Part shown: in pieces, positions 39,711 to 52,506 of the stretch
Numbering within the stretch: position 1 is the first letter of the stretch
How the letters are laid out: each line of letters begins with the position of its first letter
Virus record (IMG/VR): IMGVR_UViG_3300046804_001245
Span: 42,883 to 106,882 of that record
Reading direction: 5' to 3' (one strand)
Length of the DNA stretch: 64,000 nt
Source: a virus
Translations under genes and position numbers: made by a program
Notes under the pieces: generated by a model
Databases searched by the model: none
The model's input: only the letters and a program-made list of their open reading frames with translations
What the model was told of the DNA's origin: nothing

Positions 39711-41450
39711 ATGGCAGCAACACCAGCATTGTTTTATAGAGGGGCGGCAGCAACAAGTTCTGCAACTCTTTACACCTCCCCAAATACTGCAGGAGCAAAG
39801 GCGGTATTAACAGACATAGTAATATCAAATACGTCTTCAAGTCAACAATATGTTACAATGACAGTAGATGGTATTAATATTCTGCCTACCGTCCCAGTTT
39901 CTGCAAATACAGTAATTAATTTACAGCCAAAAACAGTTATGGGACAAAATAAAATATTAGCAGGATATGCTAGTAGTACAGATGTTAAATTTCATATATC
40001 AGGAGTTGAGATTGCATGATAGATCAGTATCCATCGGCTAATGGCGTATTAACAAGTCTTATTTGGCGGAAGACAATGAGCGGCGGAGAAACAAGTCTTT
40101 CAGGATATGATAATGCATCACAAGCTCTTTCATATACTCCAGGGCAGGAACAAGTATATCTCAATGGTATTCTTCTAGTTCGTGGAGATGACTATACAGC
40201 TACAAATGGTACATCAATTACAGGCTTAACCGCATTGTCCGCCTCGGACTTTGTTCAAGTAAATTGCTATAATAATTTTAGCGTAGCTACGCTACCTACA
40301 TCTGGACTAACTGGCACAATTTCAAATGCACAATTACAGAATTCAAGTATTACTATAAATGGATCTGCGGTATCTCTAGGTGGATCAGTTTCCCTTCCTG
40401 GAGATATTGAGAGCGTTACAGCCTCATCTCCTTTAACAGGCGGCGGATCAAGTGGAGCGGTAACAATAGGAATTCAATCTGCTTCTACAACTCAATCAGG
40501 AGCAGTTCAATTAACAGATTCAACATCTTCAACTTCCACATCAACTGCAGCTACTCCAAATTCAGTTAAATCGGCATATGATTTAGCAAATGGAGCAATT
40601 CAAAAAACTTTAACTACTACTACTGGAGATATTATATATGCATCATCTGCAAATACTCCAGCTAGACTTGGAATTGGATCAAGCGGACAAGTATTGTCTG
40701 TGTCAGCAGGTATTCCAAGTTGGCAAACAATTTCAACATCTCCCACATTCAAAGGGTGCGCTGTAAGGGCTTCAAATTCAATAAGTGCTTCTAATGACAC
40801 TTGGACATTTCCAGTCATGGATTTGGAAGATTTTGATACAGATAATTTTCATAGCACAACTGTTAATCCAACAAGAATCACAATTCCTTCAGGACTGGGT
40901 GGAAAGTATTTAGTTGTTGGACAACTTTTTTGGGACCAAAGTTCCAGTGGGGCAAGAAATACACAAATATACAAAAATGGTTCAGGTGTTGGTTGGGTTA
41001 ATTATGCACCAACCCCCACTTGGGGTGGTGGTGGTTCTTGGCCAAGCACACCAACCGTAAGAATTCTAAGTCTTGTTGCTGGTGATTATTTGGAACTTGC
41101 AGGTATGCAACAAAGTGGCGGAACACTAAACTTAAGCACATGGACATTTGCTGTCCAATATTTAGGAGCATAGAAAAATGATTAGATTTAACAAACCAGC
41201 AAACTTAAATGGCGCAGAACTAAAACAAGAATTAAAAGCGGCAGGGATAGTGTTCATTGACGAGGTGGATGGATTACATCTAAAAGGTGATGATTTATTC
41301 ATCAATATTTCTGAAAATGATACTGAATTAGCACTACCGATTGTCAATTCTCATAATGGAACAGTAATTGCACCAGAACCAACAGTTGCTGATAAACTAG
41401 CGGCAGCAGGATTAACAATAGAAGAATTAAAGGAAGCTTTAGGAATATAA
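39711..41450 (+). CDS. Three virion proteins (39711-40019, 40016-41173, 41178-41450)
   Basis: VQLTDS...AATPNSVK tail-fibre repeat; the small protein ending in KLAAAGLTIEEL resembles a fibre chaperone. Confidence 0.7.
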
Positions 41451-41459
41451 GGAGGTATT

Positions 41460-42785
41460 ATGAGCAAGGCTAGAGATCTTTCTAACCTTTTCTCCGCCTC
41501 CACAGATGTGGCGACGGATGCAGAAGTAAACTCTGCTATTGCTAATCATGCCTCTAGTACAACTAATAGACATTATAAGGCAGGCAACACTGCTTCCCGC
41601 CCCGCTTCTCCGAATATAGGAGATATATATTCAAATACAGAAACAGCATTTACAGAAGTATATTCTGGTTCGACATATGGGTGGGAACAAATTGGTGGAG
41701 TTGCCTCTACAGTAACTGGTGTCACTGCAACAAATCAAGGATCTAGTAGGGAATTTAATAATGGCCAAGCATCAGTATCTTTTACACCAGGTACAGTATT
41801 AGGTAGAACGTATACAGCTACTTCATCACCAGGATCATATACGAATACAGGTTCTTCGTCTCCAATTGTAGTCACAGGTCTACAATCATCTACTCAATAT
41901 ACTTATACTGTTACAGCTACAAATAATTATGGGACATCTTCTTCATCTTCTGCCTCTTCAGGTGTTACTGCAACAACTGTGCCACAGGCACCTACAATTG
42001 GTACGGCTACAGGAGCAGATCAATCCGCAACATTAACTTTTACGGCGGGAGCAACTGGCGGATCTTCAATAACTAACTATAAATATTCAACAGATAACAT
42101 AACATACACAGCATTTAGTCCTGCTCAAACATCTTCTCCATTAACTATATCTGGATTAACAAATGGACAAAACTATTCATTCTATTTAAAAGCAGTAAAT
42201 GCAAACGGAGATTCTGCAGCATCTGCAGCAAGTAATTCTATAACAGCAGCGCCACCTACTGCTTTTGAATCTATTGCTACAGTAACTATAGGTAATGATA
42301 ATCCGACAACTATTACCTTTAGTTCTATACCTAGCACGTTTACTCATCTACAAATTCGTGGCATCTCTCGTTGCGGAAGAACTGACGGAGAAGATAACTA
42401 CATACTACGGTTCAATAGTGATTCTGGTAATAACTATGCACATCATAAAGTATATGCAACTGGAAGTGCTGTTGCTTCAGCTGCTACTATATCAACATCT
42501 GGAATCAATTTAGATTCTTCTATTTCAAGTCCTTATATTGGTACAAATAATTTTGCCCCACTCATACTTGATATTTTAAATTATTCTAATACAAGCAAAT
42601 ATAAAACAGTCAGATATATGTCTGGTGTCGACTCTAACGGCGGAAATAGAGATAGAATCTTTTTTGCTTCTGGATTATGGCAAAGTACCAGTGCTATTAC
42701 TTCTATTACATTGTTAGCAGACGCAAGCCAGACATTATCACAATACACGACTTTAGCTCTTTATGGAATAAGGGCGGCCGCATAA
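41460..42785 (+). CDS. FN3-domain virion protein
   Basis: VTGLQSSTQYTYTVTATN FN3 motifs plus C-terminal ~170-aa repeated domain. Confidence 0.8.
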   Translation: MSKARDLSNLFSASTDVATDAEVNSAIANHASSTTNRHYKAGNTASRPASPNIGDIYSNTETAFTEVYSGSTYGWEQIGGVASTVTGVTATNQGSSREFNNGQASVSFTPGTVLGRTYTATSSPGSYTNTGSSSPIVVTGLQSSTQYTYTVTATNNYGTSSSSSASSGVTATTVPQAPTIGTATGADQSATLTFTAGATGGSSITNYKYSTDNITYTAFSPAQTSSPLTISGLTNGQNYSFYLKAVNANGDSAASAASNSITAAPPTAFESIATVTIGNDNPTTITFSSIPSTFTHLQIRGISRCGRTDGEDNYILRFNSDSGNNYAHHKVYATGSAVASAATISTSGINLDSSISSPYIGTNNFAPLILDILNYSNTSKYKTVRYMSGVDSNGGNRDRIFFASGLWQSTSAITSITLLADASQTLSQYTTLALYGIRAAA

Positions 42786-42816
42786 TGACAACTAACTTTA
42801 CAAAGGCAGGTGCATA

Positions 42817-43856
42817 ATGGCAGCAGGAGCAACATACGAACCGATTGCAACGACAACGCTAACAAGCACATCTTCAAGCGTAGTATTCTCATCCATTCCT
42901 CAGACATATACAGATTTAGTCGTAGTATTTGTTGGAAAAAATACAACTGCGAACGTTGCTATGACTGGTGAATTTGATTTGAATGGTGATGGTGGTAACA
43001 ATTACTCATCTACTCAATTCAATTTAGATAATACATCAGGTAGAGGTACTAATAATAATGGTGGCTATTACGGACAGTTATACAGAAATAGCGTATCTAC
43101 AGCTATAATTAATTTTATGAATTATAGTAGCTCAAATACCTATAAAACTTGGTTGAGTAGATGGTCAACCTTGGGTGGTAGCGATGGCGCTAACTTAGGT
43201 GGAGCGATTCTTGGAATGTGGCGCAACACTAACGCAATTACAGAAATAAATTTTAATAGACCAGCAGGAGAATCGGGAAGTTTCGAAGCTGGTTGTACTT
43301 GGACTTTGTACGGAATAAAGGCGGCATAATGGCAAATACATATCAAGCAATAGCAACTGTTAGTGTGGGTAGTGGTGGAACTAGTAGTATTTCGTTTTCG
43401 TCAATTCCTCAAACATTTACCGATTTATGTATTCTTTTGTCATTGAAAAATCCATCAACAACGACAGCCGAAAATGGTGAAGATATGTCTTTTAGACTTA
43501 ATGGTGATACGGGAAATAACTATTATTCTAAAATTTTTTACAGAACTCCTAGTCAAGGTTCAGCATCTACTACTGGAACATCTATGACGTGGGTTGGTCA
43601 AAGCAATAATAATGCAAATACTATGACAAACACATTTTCAAATATATGCGTATACATTCCAAACTATACTTCTAGTAATGCAAAATCACTATTAAGTGAT
43701 AGCGTTGCAGAGGCTAACGCTAATACTTATGGATTTCTTATGACTGCTGGACTTTGGAACAATGCTGCTGCTATAACAAGCATGAGTTGGACTCCAAATA
43801 GCGGGACATTTTTGCAGCATACAACTGCAACACTTTACGGAATCAAAAAATCATAA
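42817..43856 (+). CDS. Two paralogous ~170-aa virion proteins (42817-43329; 43329-43856)
   Basis: TY..IAT...FSSIPQT.TDL...TLYGIK; second start moved to MANTYQ (TAATG overlap). Confidence 0.75.
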
Positions 43857-43910
43857 TGTGGTATAAATAATAGATAAATGCTATAATGTATAAACAAAAA
43901 GGAGGCAAAA

Positions 43911-44147
43911 ATGACTGAAACACTAACAAAAATAGTAGTAGATTGTGCTACAGGAGAACAATCTATTGTTCCTTTGACCGCCGAAGAAATTGCTCAGCGT
44001 GAAGCAGATGCAGCAGCATATGCCGAAGCGGAAGCAGCTCGTGTGGCGGCAGAAGAAGCAAAAGCAGATCTTAAAGCATCAGCAAAAGCTAAGCTTATTG
44101 CTGGTCAACCATTGACAGAAGAAGAAGCAGCTGTACTAGTAATCTAA
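43911..44147 (+). CDS. Small tail-associated protein
   Basis: GGAGG RBS; helical Ala/Glu-rich. Confidence 0.65.
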   Translation: MTETLTKIVVDCATGEQSIVPLTAEEIAQREADAAAYAEAEAARVAAEEAKADLKASAKAKLIAGQPLTEEEAAVLVI

Positions 44148-44696
44148 ATGCCTTTGCAGAGGTGCCAAACATGTAAGGTTGAAAAGAGCCTTACAGAATT
44201 TTCTAAAAATAAAAATAATGAAAATGGGCACTGCAAGGCATGTAAAACATGCGAAAATTTGAGATCTAAAAAAAGATATCAAAAGGTCGGATGGAAGATG
44301 AGACAGCAGATGGCGGATCAAAGAATAAGAGAATATGACAAAAGAATAGAGATAGAGAGACGTTCTAGGGCTAAAAATATTAATAAAATTAGAGCTTCTA
44401 AAATATTAAGTCAGGCTAAAAGAAAGCAAAGGCTATCTCAATCTAAAGTATATGCCATTTCAAATAAAGATTTAAATAGGCTATATACTGATCAATGCTA
44501 TAATTGTGGAAGTAAGGAAAACCAGAGCATAGATCACAGAATTCCTATCTCCAGGAACGGTGATCATGGAATTGGAAACATGATGACGCTATGCAAATCA
44601 TGTAATGCGAGTAAGAAAGACAGGACCATTATGGAGTGGAAACTGTCAAAAGTTAAACAAGGAGGAAACAAAATTGGCACATTATTCATTTCTTGA
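44148..44696 (+). CDS. HNH endonuclease (probable homing endonuclease)
   Basis: N-terminal CxxC pairs; CYNCG...IDHRIPIS..G.H...N...LCKSCNASK. Confidence 0.9.
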   Translation: MPLQRCQTCKVEKSLTEFSKNKNNENGHCKACKTCENLRSKKRYQKVGWKMRQQMADQRIREYDKRIEIERRSRAKNINKIRASKILSQAKRKQRLSQSKVYAISNKDLNRLYTDQCYNCGSKENQSIDHRIPISRNGDHGIGNMMTLCKSCNASKKDRTIMEWKLSKVKQGGNKIGTLFIS

Positions 44697-45078
44697 TGAA
44701 AATAACGTAGTAACTCAAGTAATCGTTGGTCGTAACGAAGATGAAATTGTTGATGGCATTTCTGACTGGGAAGCTCATTATGCAGAAGTATATGGACAAG
44801 TATGCAAGCGTACATCATATAATTCAATGGGCGGAAAAAAGAGAAACCCAGAAACAAATGAAATGACAGATCAACCAGGCTTTAGAAAGAATTATGCTGG
44901 CATTGGCTATACATATGATGCATCTCGTGACGCATTTATTCCACCTAAGCCTTTTAATTCTTGGGTATTAAATGAAGATACATGCCTATGGGATGCACCT
45001 ACATCATATCCAACAGATGGACAATTCTATCGTTGGAGTGAAGATGATCTCAATTGGCAGTTAGTATCAATGGAGTAA
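44674..45078 (+). CDS. Tail-associated protein (AHY..LDENNVV family)
   Basis: TTG start after GGAGG; RKNYAGIGYTYD..RDAFIPPKP; paralogue of 55135-55503. Confidence 0.75.
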   Translation: MAHYSFLDENNVVTQVIVGRNEDEIVDGISDWEAHYAEVYGQVCKRTSYNSMGGKKRNPETNEMTDQPGFRKNYAGIGYTYDASRDAFIPPKPFNSWVLNEDTCLWDAPTSYPTDGQFYRWSEDDLNWQLVSME

Positions 45079-45084
45079 TATAAA

Positions 45085-48000
45085 TTGACTAGAGCAAGAG
45101 ATGTTGCTAACGTTCTTTCTACCGCCACCGCTTTGGCGACGGATACAGAAACAGCGGCAGCCATCTCTTCCCACGCAACAGCAGCAAATGGTCATGTAGG
45201 CCGTGGTAACACGGCATCAAGACCAGCATCTCCTGCAACTGGCGATCTGTATTATGATACAACAATAAATAATCTTATTAAATATAATGGAACTGCTTGG
45301 GTAGAGATATCACCAGTTCCAAATGCACCAACATCTGTTTCTGCTACTGGTGGAACTTTACAAGCAGTAGTATCATTTACTGCACCTACAAACACTGCCG
45401 TAAACTCCTACACAGTAACCTCATCTCCAGGTAATATAACAGGATCTGGTGCATCGTCACCAGTAACCGTAACAGGCTTAACAGCTGGAACTTCATATAC
45501 ATTTACAGTAGTCGCTTTAAATTCAAATGGAACATCATCTGCATCATCGGCAAGTAATAGTGTTACTCCAACAAATGCAACATTTTCTGTTGATTATCTT
45601 GTAGTTGCTGGTGGTGGCGGCGGCGCTGGATATCCTTATGGTGGTGGCGGTGGGGCAGGAGGTACACGCTCTACAGTAACTGCTACAGGCGGTGGCGGTG
45701 CCCTTGAAACTGTTTTAAGTTTATCTACTAGTACTCTTTATTCTACTACTGTTGGAGCAGCTGGAACAGCTGGTCCTTCAGGATCAAGTGGCGGAAGTGG
45801 AGGTAATTCTATATTTGGTACAATTACATCTACGGGCGGAGGAGGCGGAGCAATTAATAGTTCTAATGGTTTGCCAGGTGGTTCTGGTAGTGGTAGTGGT
45901 GGAAAAACTTCTCCTGTTGGCGGAGCAAGAACTGCAAGCCCAGTTCAAGGTAATAATGGTGGAACAGGATTAACCGATAGTGCTACTTACGCTAATGGTG
46001 GCGGTGGTGGAGGTGCTGGCGCTGTAGGTGGTAATGCTACATCAGGCGCTGGAGGCAATGGTGGTAATGGTGTAGCCATATCAATTACTGGTTCATCTGT
46101 AACTTATGCTGGTGGTGGTGGTGGCACTGGAACTGGTAGCGGTGGAACTGGTGGAACTGGCGGTGGTGGTAATGGAGTTCAAGGTGGTAACGGCGTTGCT
46201 GGAACAATAAATAGCGGTAGCGGAGGCGGTGCTGGTCAAAACGGTCCAGGAACTGCTTCAGGTGGAGCTGGTGGTTCAGGAATAATAATTTTACGTTATC
46301 CAGATACCAGAACAATTTCATTTGGTGCAGGATTAACTGGAACAGAAGGTGCAGCATCTGGTGGATATAAAGTTGCAACAATAACTGCTGGTACTGGAAA
46401 TGTGAGCTGGACATAATGGCAAACAAAGACTTTAAAGTAAAAAATGGTTTGGATATCCAAACTCCACTTCCTGTATCTATGGGTGGAACTGGACAAACTT
46501 CTACTACTAATACTTTAAATTCTTTGTTGCCACCTCAATCTGGTAACACAAATAAAGTTTTACAAACTGATGGAACAAATACTCAATGGTATACAGTTCC
46601 TGCAGCATATACAAGGGGCGGAACAGCAAGTAGACCAGCATCTCCAACAGCAGGAGATCTATTCTTCAATACAGATAAAAAAGCATTTGAAGTATGGACT
46701 GGTAGCGCTTGGGTATCATTAATTGCAAATGGAGCAGTTCCTCTACCTCCAACAATTGGAACAGCAACGGTAAGTGGACTTACCGCATCAGTTCCATTTA
46801 CAGGTCCTACAGATTTTGGCGATGCAGCAATTTCTTCATATACAGCAACTTCAAATCCAGGCGGGATTACAGGAAGCGCAGCATCTTCTCCTATATCAGT
46901 ATCAGGACTTACTGCAAATACCTCATATACCTTTACCGTAACTGCCACAAATAGTTATGGAACATCAAATGCATCATCTGCATCAAATTCAATTACAACA
47001 GCTACAACTCCAGGTGCTCCAACATCTGTCACAGCAGTAGGTACTGGAATTAATGGGGAGGCTCTTGTTTCCTGGACTGCGCCTGCATCAAATGGCGGTA
47101 GCGCAATAACAGATTATGCTGTGCAATATTCATCAAATTCAGGATCATCATGGACCACATTTAGCGACGGAACATCAACATCAACATCTGCTACAGTTAC
47201 AGGATTAACAATAGATACAGCATATATATTTAGAGTGGCGGCAGTAAATATAATTGGAACAGGATCATATTCAACAGCAAGCTCCTCATATACTCCAGTT
47301 GCAAATGAAATTGAATCAATGGATCCTTTACAAGTCGTAACAGTTGGTTCTACTGGAACATCTTCTATAACATTTAGTAATATTCCTAATACTTATAAAC
47401 ATCTACAAATAAGAATGCTTACTAAATCTGATGCGGGTGGCACAACAGGAAATGATAATATCTATATTAGATACAATAGTGATGCTGGCAGTAATTATTC
47501 TTGGCATTATTTAGCAGGAAGTGGTTCAGCTGCCTCCAATGGTGGAAGTCCTAATAGTAGTTGGCTACTTAGTGGTAAATTAGGAAATTCTAATGTTGCT
47601 AATATATTTGGAGTTTCAATTGTAGACATATTAGATTATTCAAATACTAATAAATATAAAACTCAAAAAGCACTTTCTGGAATAGAACTTAATGGAGTAC
47701 AAAATTCTAATATGTATTTCTCATCTGGATCTTGGAGAAATAATAATGCCATTACAAGTATTACAATTATTAATGGCGATGTTACAAATTGGGTTCAAAA
47801 TAGTCAATTTGCACTATATGGGATAAAATCATTATGAGCACATATACTCCTATTGCTTCACAAACCTTATCTAGTTCACAGTCGTCTGTTATATTTTACG
47901 GAATACCACAAATATATACAGATTTAGTTTTAGTCCTTGATTGTAAAGTATCTTCTAATGATGATTTATATTTAAGATATAATGGTGATTTTGGAAGCAA

Positions 48001-50361
48001 TTATTCTAATATAACTTTAAGAGGAAATGGCTCTACTGCTTCATCTACAAGGGGTAACAGCACAAGCGGATCTCGTATATCAGATATGGGTTCTCCCACA
48101 ACAACAAATTCATGCACATCTTTTATTAATATACAAAATTATAGCAATAATGAAACATTCAAAACACTAATCAGTAGAAGTAATAACGCATCTACTGGTT
48201 TAGATTTTATGGTTTCTTTATGGAGAAATACAAGTGCTATAGCATCAGTTCAAGTTTATTGTGGAGGAGGAGCTAGTCTTTCTGCAGGATCAACATTCAA
48301 GCTTTATGGAATTAATTCAAGTCTTTCTGCACAAGCTAAAGCAACTGGCGGAGATAGCATTTATAGAGATTCTTCTTATTGGTATCATATATTTAATAAA
48401 TCTGGCACTTTAACCCCATACACTTCAATATCTAATGTTGATTATTTGGTAGTAGCAGGTGGTGGAAGTGGAGGAACAAGATTTGGCGGTGGCGGCGGTG
48501 CAGGAGGTATGATTACTGGTAGCGGCATGTCACTTACAGCACAAGCTTATACAGTAACCGTTGGTGCTGGTGCAGCAAGACAAACTGCAAACTCAAATTT
48601 TGGTTTTGCTGGAAGCAATTCTATTTTTAATGGACAAACTGCTTATGGAGGAGGTCTTGGTGGAGGTAACGGTGGCGGCGGTAATGGAGGTTCAGGAGGC
48701 GGCGGCGGACAAAGTTCAGGCGGAGGTACAGGTACTTCAGGACAAGGAAATAACGGCGCTAACGGAAGTTGGAGCGGCCAGTATTCAGGCGGCGGTGGTG
48801 GCGGTAAAGGTTCTGCTGGATCTTCAGGCACTGGTGGAAGTGGACAGGCAAGTTCTATAAGTGGAACATCTGTAACGTATGCCGCTGGTGGAAATGGTTC
48901 TGACTACTATGCTAATACTCAAGGAGCTACAGGTGCTGCAAATACAGGTAACGGCGGCGGTGGTTCAGGCGGAGATTCTAATCCTTCTGGCGCTGGTGGT
49001 TCGGGAATAGTGATAGTGAGGTATCCAGTATAATGGCTAACGAAAATATAAAAGCAATAAAAACTGTTACAGTTGGTGCAGGAGGAGCAACATATATTGA
49101 TTTTGATAATATCCCACAAATATATACTGATTTAATGATAAAAATTTCTGCTCGTTCTAGCAGAAATGACTATTCTACAAATTTTACAAATATAAGATTT
49201 AATAGTTCAACAAGCGGTTATTCTTATAAAAATTTAGTAGCTCAAGCAGCAAACTCACCAATATCTCAAAGTAGCAATACTTTAACATATGCTTATCTTG
49301 GCTACACAAATCAAACAAATAACAATTCAGGAATATTTTCAAATCTTGAAATTTATATTCCTAACTATAAATCAAGTAATAATAAATCATTTAGCTCTGA
49401 TTCTGTAATGGAAGCAAATGATACTACTAATAATAATATGGGATTTTTTACAAGCTTATGGTCAAACTCAGCAGCCATTACATCTATAAGGCTTGCTGCA
49501 GGTGAAGGTGGTGCTAATTTTAGCGATTATAATTTTTTAGAGCATACAACTGCTACTCTATATGGAATAACTGTTTATACTGATGAAGTAAGCCCTAAAG
49601 CATCTGGTGGTAGAGTTACAAGCGATGCTAGTTACTGGTATCATACATTTACAAATAGTGGAACTCTTACACCATCTCAATCAGTAACAGCAGATGTTCT
49701 TGTTATTGCTGGTGGCGGAGGAGCGGGATATAACTGGGGCGGTGGCGGTGGCGCAGGAGGATTATTGTATAATGCATCACAGTCATTAGTAAATGGCACT
49801 AATTATGTTACAACAATTGGTGGTGGAGGAGCTGGAAGTAATCCTAATTATGGACGTGGAACCAATGGAACAAATTCATCTTTTATTGGAGGAGCTATTT
49901 CTTTAACTGCTACAGGCGGCGGCGCAGGTGGCGGTGGTAATTCTGGAGGTAGTGGAAACAACGGAGCTAGCGGTGGCTCAGGTGGCGGAGGCTGTGGGCA
50001 AAATAGCTCATTTGGCGCAGGCTCAGGCGGCGGAGGTACACCAGGACAGGGAAATAACGGAGCTGGAAATCAAAGTGGTTATGGCGGCGGTGGTGGTGGT
50101 GCAGGTGCTGCAGCTACTAGTACTAGTGGAGGCAATGGATCATCTTCATATTCTTCGTGGGGCTTAGCAACCAGCACAGGACAAAATATTTCTGGAACAT
50201 ACTGGTATGCAGGAGGAGGTTGTGGTTCTTCAGGCGTTGGAGGTAACGGCGGCGGAGGTTCATATGGAACCCCTGGAATGGTCAGCACAGGCGGCGGTGC
50301 AGGAGGAGACTTCAATGGAACTGGCGGCTCAGGAATAATAATCATTAGATACGCTAAATAA
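45085..50361 (+). CDS. Four FN3/glycine-rich virion proteins (45085-46416, 46416-47837, 47834-49033, 49033-50361)
   Basis: DYLVVAGGGGG...GGSGIIILRY Gly-rich domains, FN3 domains and the ~170-aa domain. Confidence 0.8.
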
Positions 50362-50406
50362 TCTAATGCTATAATTAAATATCCAATAAAGGGAGAGTGA
50401 ACTGAA

Positions 50407-52506
50407 TTGGCAGATAAAGACTTTAAAGTTAAAAATAAGCTATTTGTTAATGGCTTATCTAATGCATCTGGCGTCATTCTCGCTACAAATAATAATTTAG
50501 ATTCATCTACTACGCTTCCGACCCAATATGGCGGAACTGGAACAACAACATCGCCAAATGCTGGTCAAATTCCGTACTCTTCTTCAGGAACAAATTATGC
50601 TCCTACTGATCTTTCTTCATTAACTATATCAAGTAGTGGTGGGTCTACTATTACTGCCGCTTCGGCATCTACAAAGGGTTTAACTATACAGGGCGCAGCA
50701 TCCCAAACCGCCAATCTTACAGAATGGCAGAATAGTAGTGGAACTGTTATTTCAAAAATACGTAGCGATGGTCAATTTTATGCATATGGATCACAATATG
50801 GCGGATCACAATATGGTTCTATAGGAGCTTTAGGTCTAGCAGTTGGTGGACAGTCTGGAGAAACATCAATTCACTATGCTGGTGGAAGTTTAACAGTTAG
50901 GTCATCAACTACTGGAGAGTCGTCATCTGGCTCTGCTTGGACAAATAATACATCAGCATTAATTGGAACAGGATATGCTGGAGGAATTGGTTTAATTATA
51001 AAATCTGTTGCCTCCCAAACCGCAGACCTACAACAGTGGCAGAATAATGCTGGTACAGTAAATGCCCGAATTGATGCTTATGGAACATTCCAAAACGGAA
51101 CTGCTAGTGGTTATGGTGCTTGGATAAATGTTCAACCTGCGCTGGCTTCTGATAAAGGTATAATTATCCGTGGCGCTGCCTCCCAAACTGCCGACCTTCA
51201 ACAATGGCAAAATAGTTCTGGTACAATACTGGCTTCAGTTTCAAGTATAGGAACAATAAGGTCAAACATATTTGCAAATACAACAGGTGGACTCACTTAT
51301 ATTGCAACAAACTTTGACACTTCTGGCATAGGTATTGTTACATCAAGTGCAGCGCAAAAAGGTTTAATTGTACGTGGCTCAGCCTCTCAAACCGCCAATC
51401 TTCAAGAATGGCAGAATTCAAGTGGCACAGCATTATCTTATATAACTAAAGACGGAACTTTAGATTTAAGAAATACTTCTGCAACAGCATTTGCATTTTC
51501 AAATTCTGGAACTGTTGGTCCAAAAATTGATTTATGGGGCGGACAATATGGAATTGGTATAGTTGCAGGAAGAATGAGTTTTTTTACTCCAGCATCAGGC
51601 GGTATAGCATTAAAACAAGATTCTTATTCAGGAACTAGCGTATTTGATGTAGCATATAATGGTGCTGCATCAATATTTCTTCAATCAGCATCTGCAGTTG
51701 GTCTAATAGTCAAAGGAGCCGCCTCCCAAACCGCCAACCTTCAAGAGTGGCAGAATAGTAGCGGTACAGTATTAGCTTCAGTAGATTCTTATGGAAATAT
51801 GGTCTCACAAGCACTATCAACTGGAATAACAAGAGTATCTTTTGCTGGATCATACGGTGCTTCATTAAATGTTATTCCTTATGGAACAGCGCAACAAGGC
51901 ATAATTGTTAGAGCCGTCGCCTCCCAAACCGCCAATCTTCAAGAATGGCAGAATAGCAGTGGTACTGTACTTGCTTCAATTTCAGCAGCAGGAAATTTAA
52001 CAGTTCAAGATCTTACAGTAAATGGAACCACCACAACAATTAATTCAACTACTTTAACTGTAGATGATAAAAATATAGAATTAGCTTCTGTTGCTTCTCC
52101 TACTGATACCACCGCCGATGGCGCTGGTATTACAATTAAAGGTGCAACTGATAAAACATTTAATTGGGTACAGTCTACAGGAGCATTTACTTCATCTGAG
52201 CCTATTTCTACCCCCGCCCTTTCTGTATCTGGGAACTCGGTTTCCTCAAATATTACTTTGGCGGCGGGAAAGAGATATTTTGTAGATACCACTTCTGCTA
52301 GAACATTAACATTGCCAGCATCTCCTTCTCTTGGAGACGAAATTAAAATATTTGATGCATCTGGGACGGCGGCAACAAATAATATAACAATAGCCAGAAA
52401 CGGAAACAAGATTAATGGAATAACAGATGATGCTATAATAGATGTAAATCAAGCAAGCTCAGCATTTGTATATACAGGAGCGACGGTAGGATGGAGGTTT
52501 GAATAA
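50407..52506 (+). CDS. Tail fibre protein with six ASQTA.L..WQN repeats
   Basis: Repeats; TVNGTTTTINST..DKNIEL; C-terminal TLTLPASPSLGD domain. Confidence 0.8.
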   Translation: MADKDFKVKNKLFVNGLSNASGVILATNNNLDSSTTLPTQYGGTGTTTSPNAGQIPYSSSGTNYAPTDLSSLTISSSGGSTITAASASTKGLTIQGAASQTANLTEWQNSSGTVISKIRSDGQFYAYGSQYGGSQYGSIGALGLAVGGQSGETSIHYAGGSLTVRSSTTGESSSGSAWTNNTSALIGTGYAGGIGLIIKSVASQTADLQQWQNNAGTVNARIDAYGTFQNGTASGYGAWINVQPALASDKGIIIRGAASQTADLQQWQNSSGTILASVSSIGTIRSNIFANTTGGLTYIATNFDTSGIGIVTSSAAQKGLIVRGSASQTANLQEWQNSSGTALSYITKDGTLDLRNTSATAFAFSNSGTVGPKIDLWGGQYGIGIVAGRMSFFTPASGGIALKQDSYSGTSVFDVAYNGAASIFLQSASAVGLIVKGAASQTANLQEWQNSSGTVLASVDSYGNMVSQALSTGITRVSFAGSYGASLNVIPYGTAQQGIIVRAVASQTANLQEWQNSSGTVLASISAAGNLTVQDLTVNGTTTTINSTTLTVDDKNIELASVASPTDTTADGAGITIKGATDKTFNWVQSTGAFTSSEPISTPALSVSGNSVSSNITLAAGKRYFVDTTSARTLTLPASPSLGDEIKIFDASGTAATNNITIARNGNKINGITDDAIIDVNQASSAFVYTGATVGWRFE

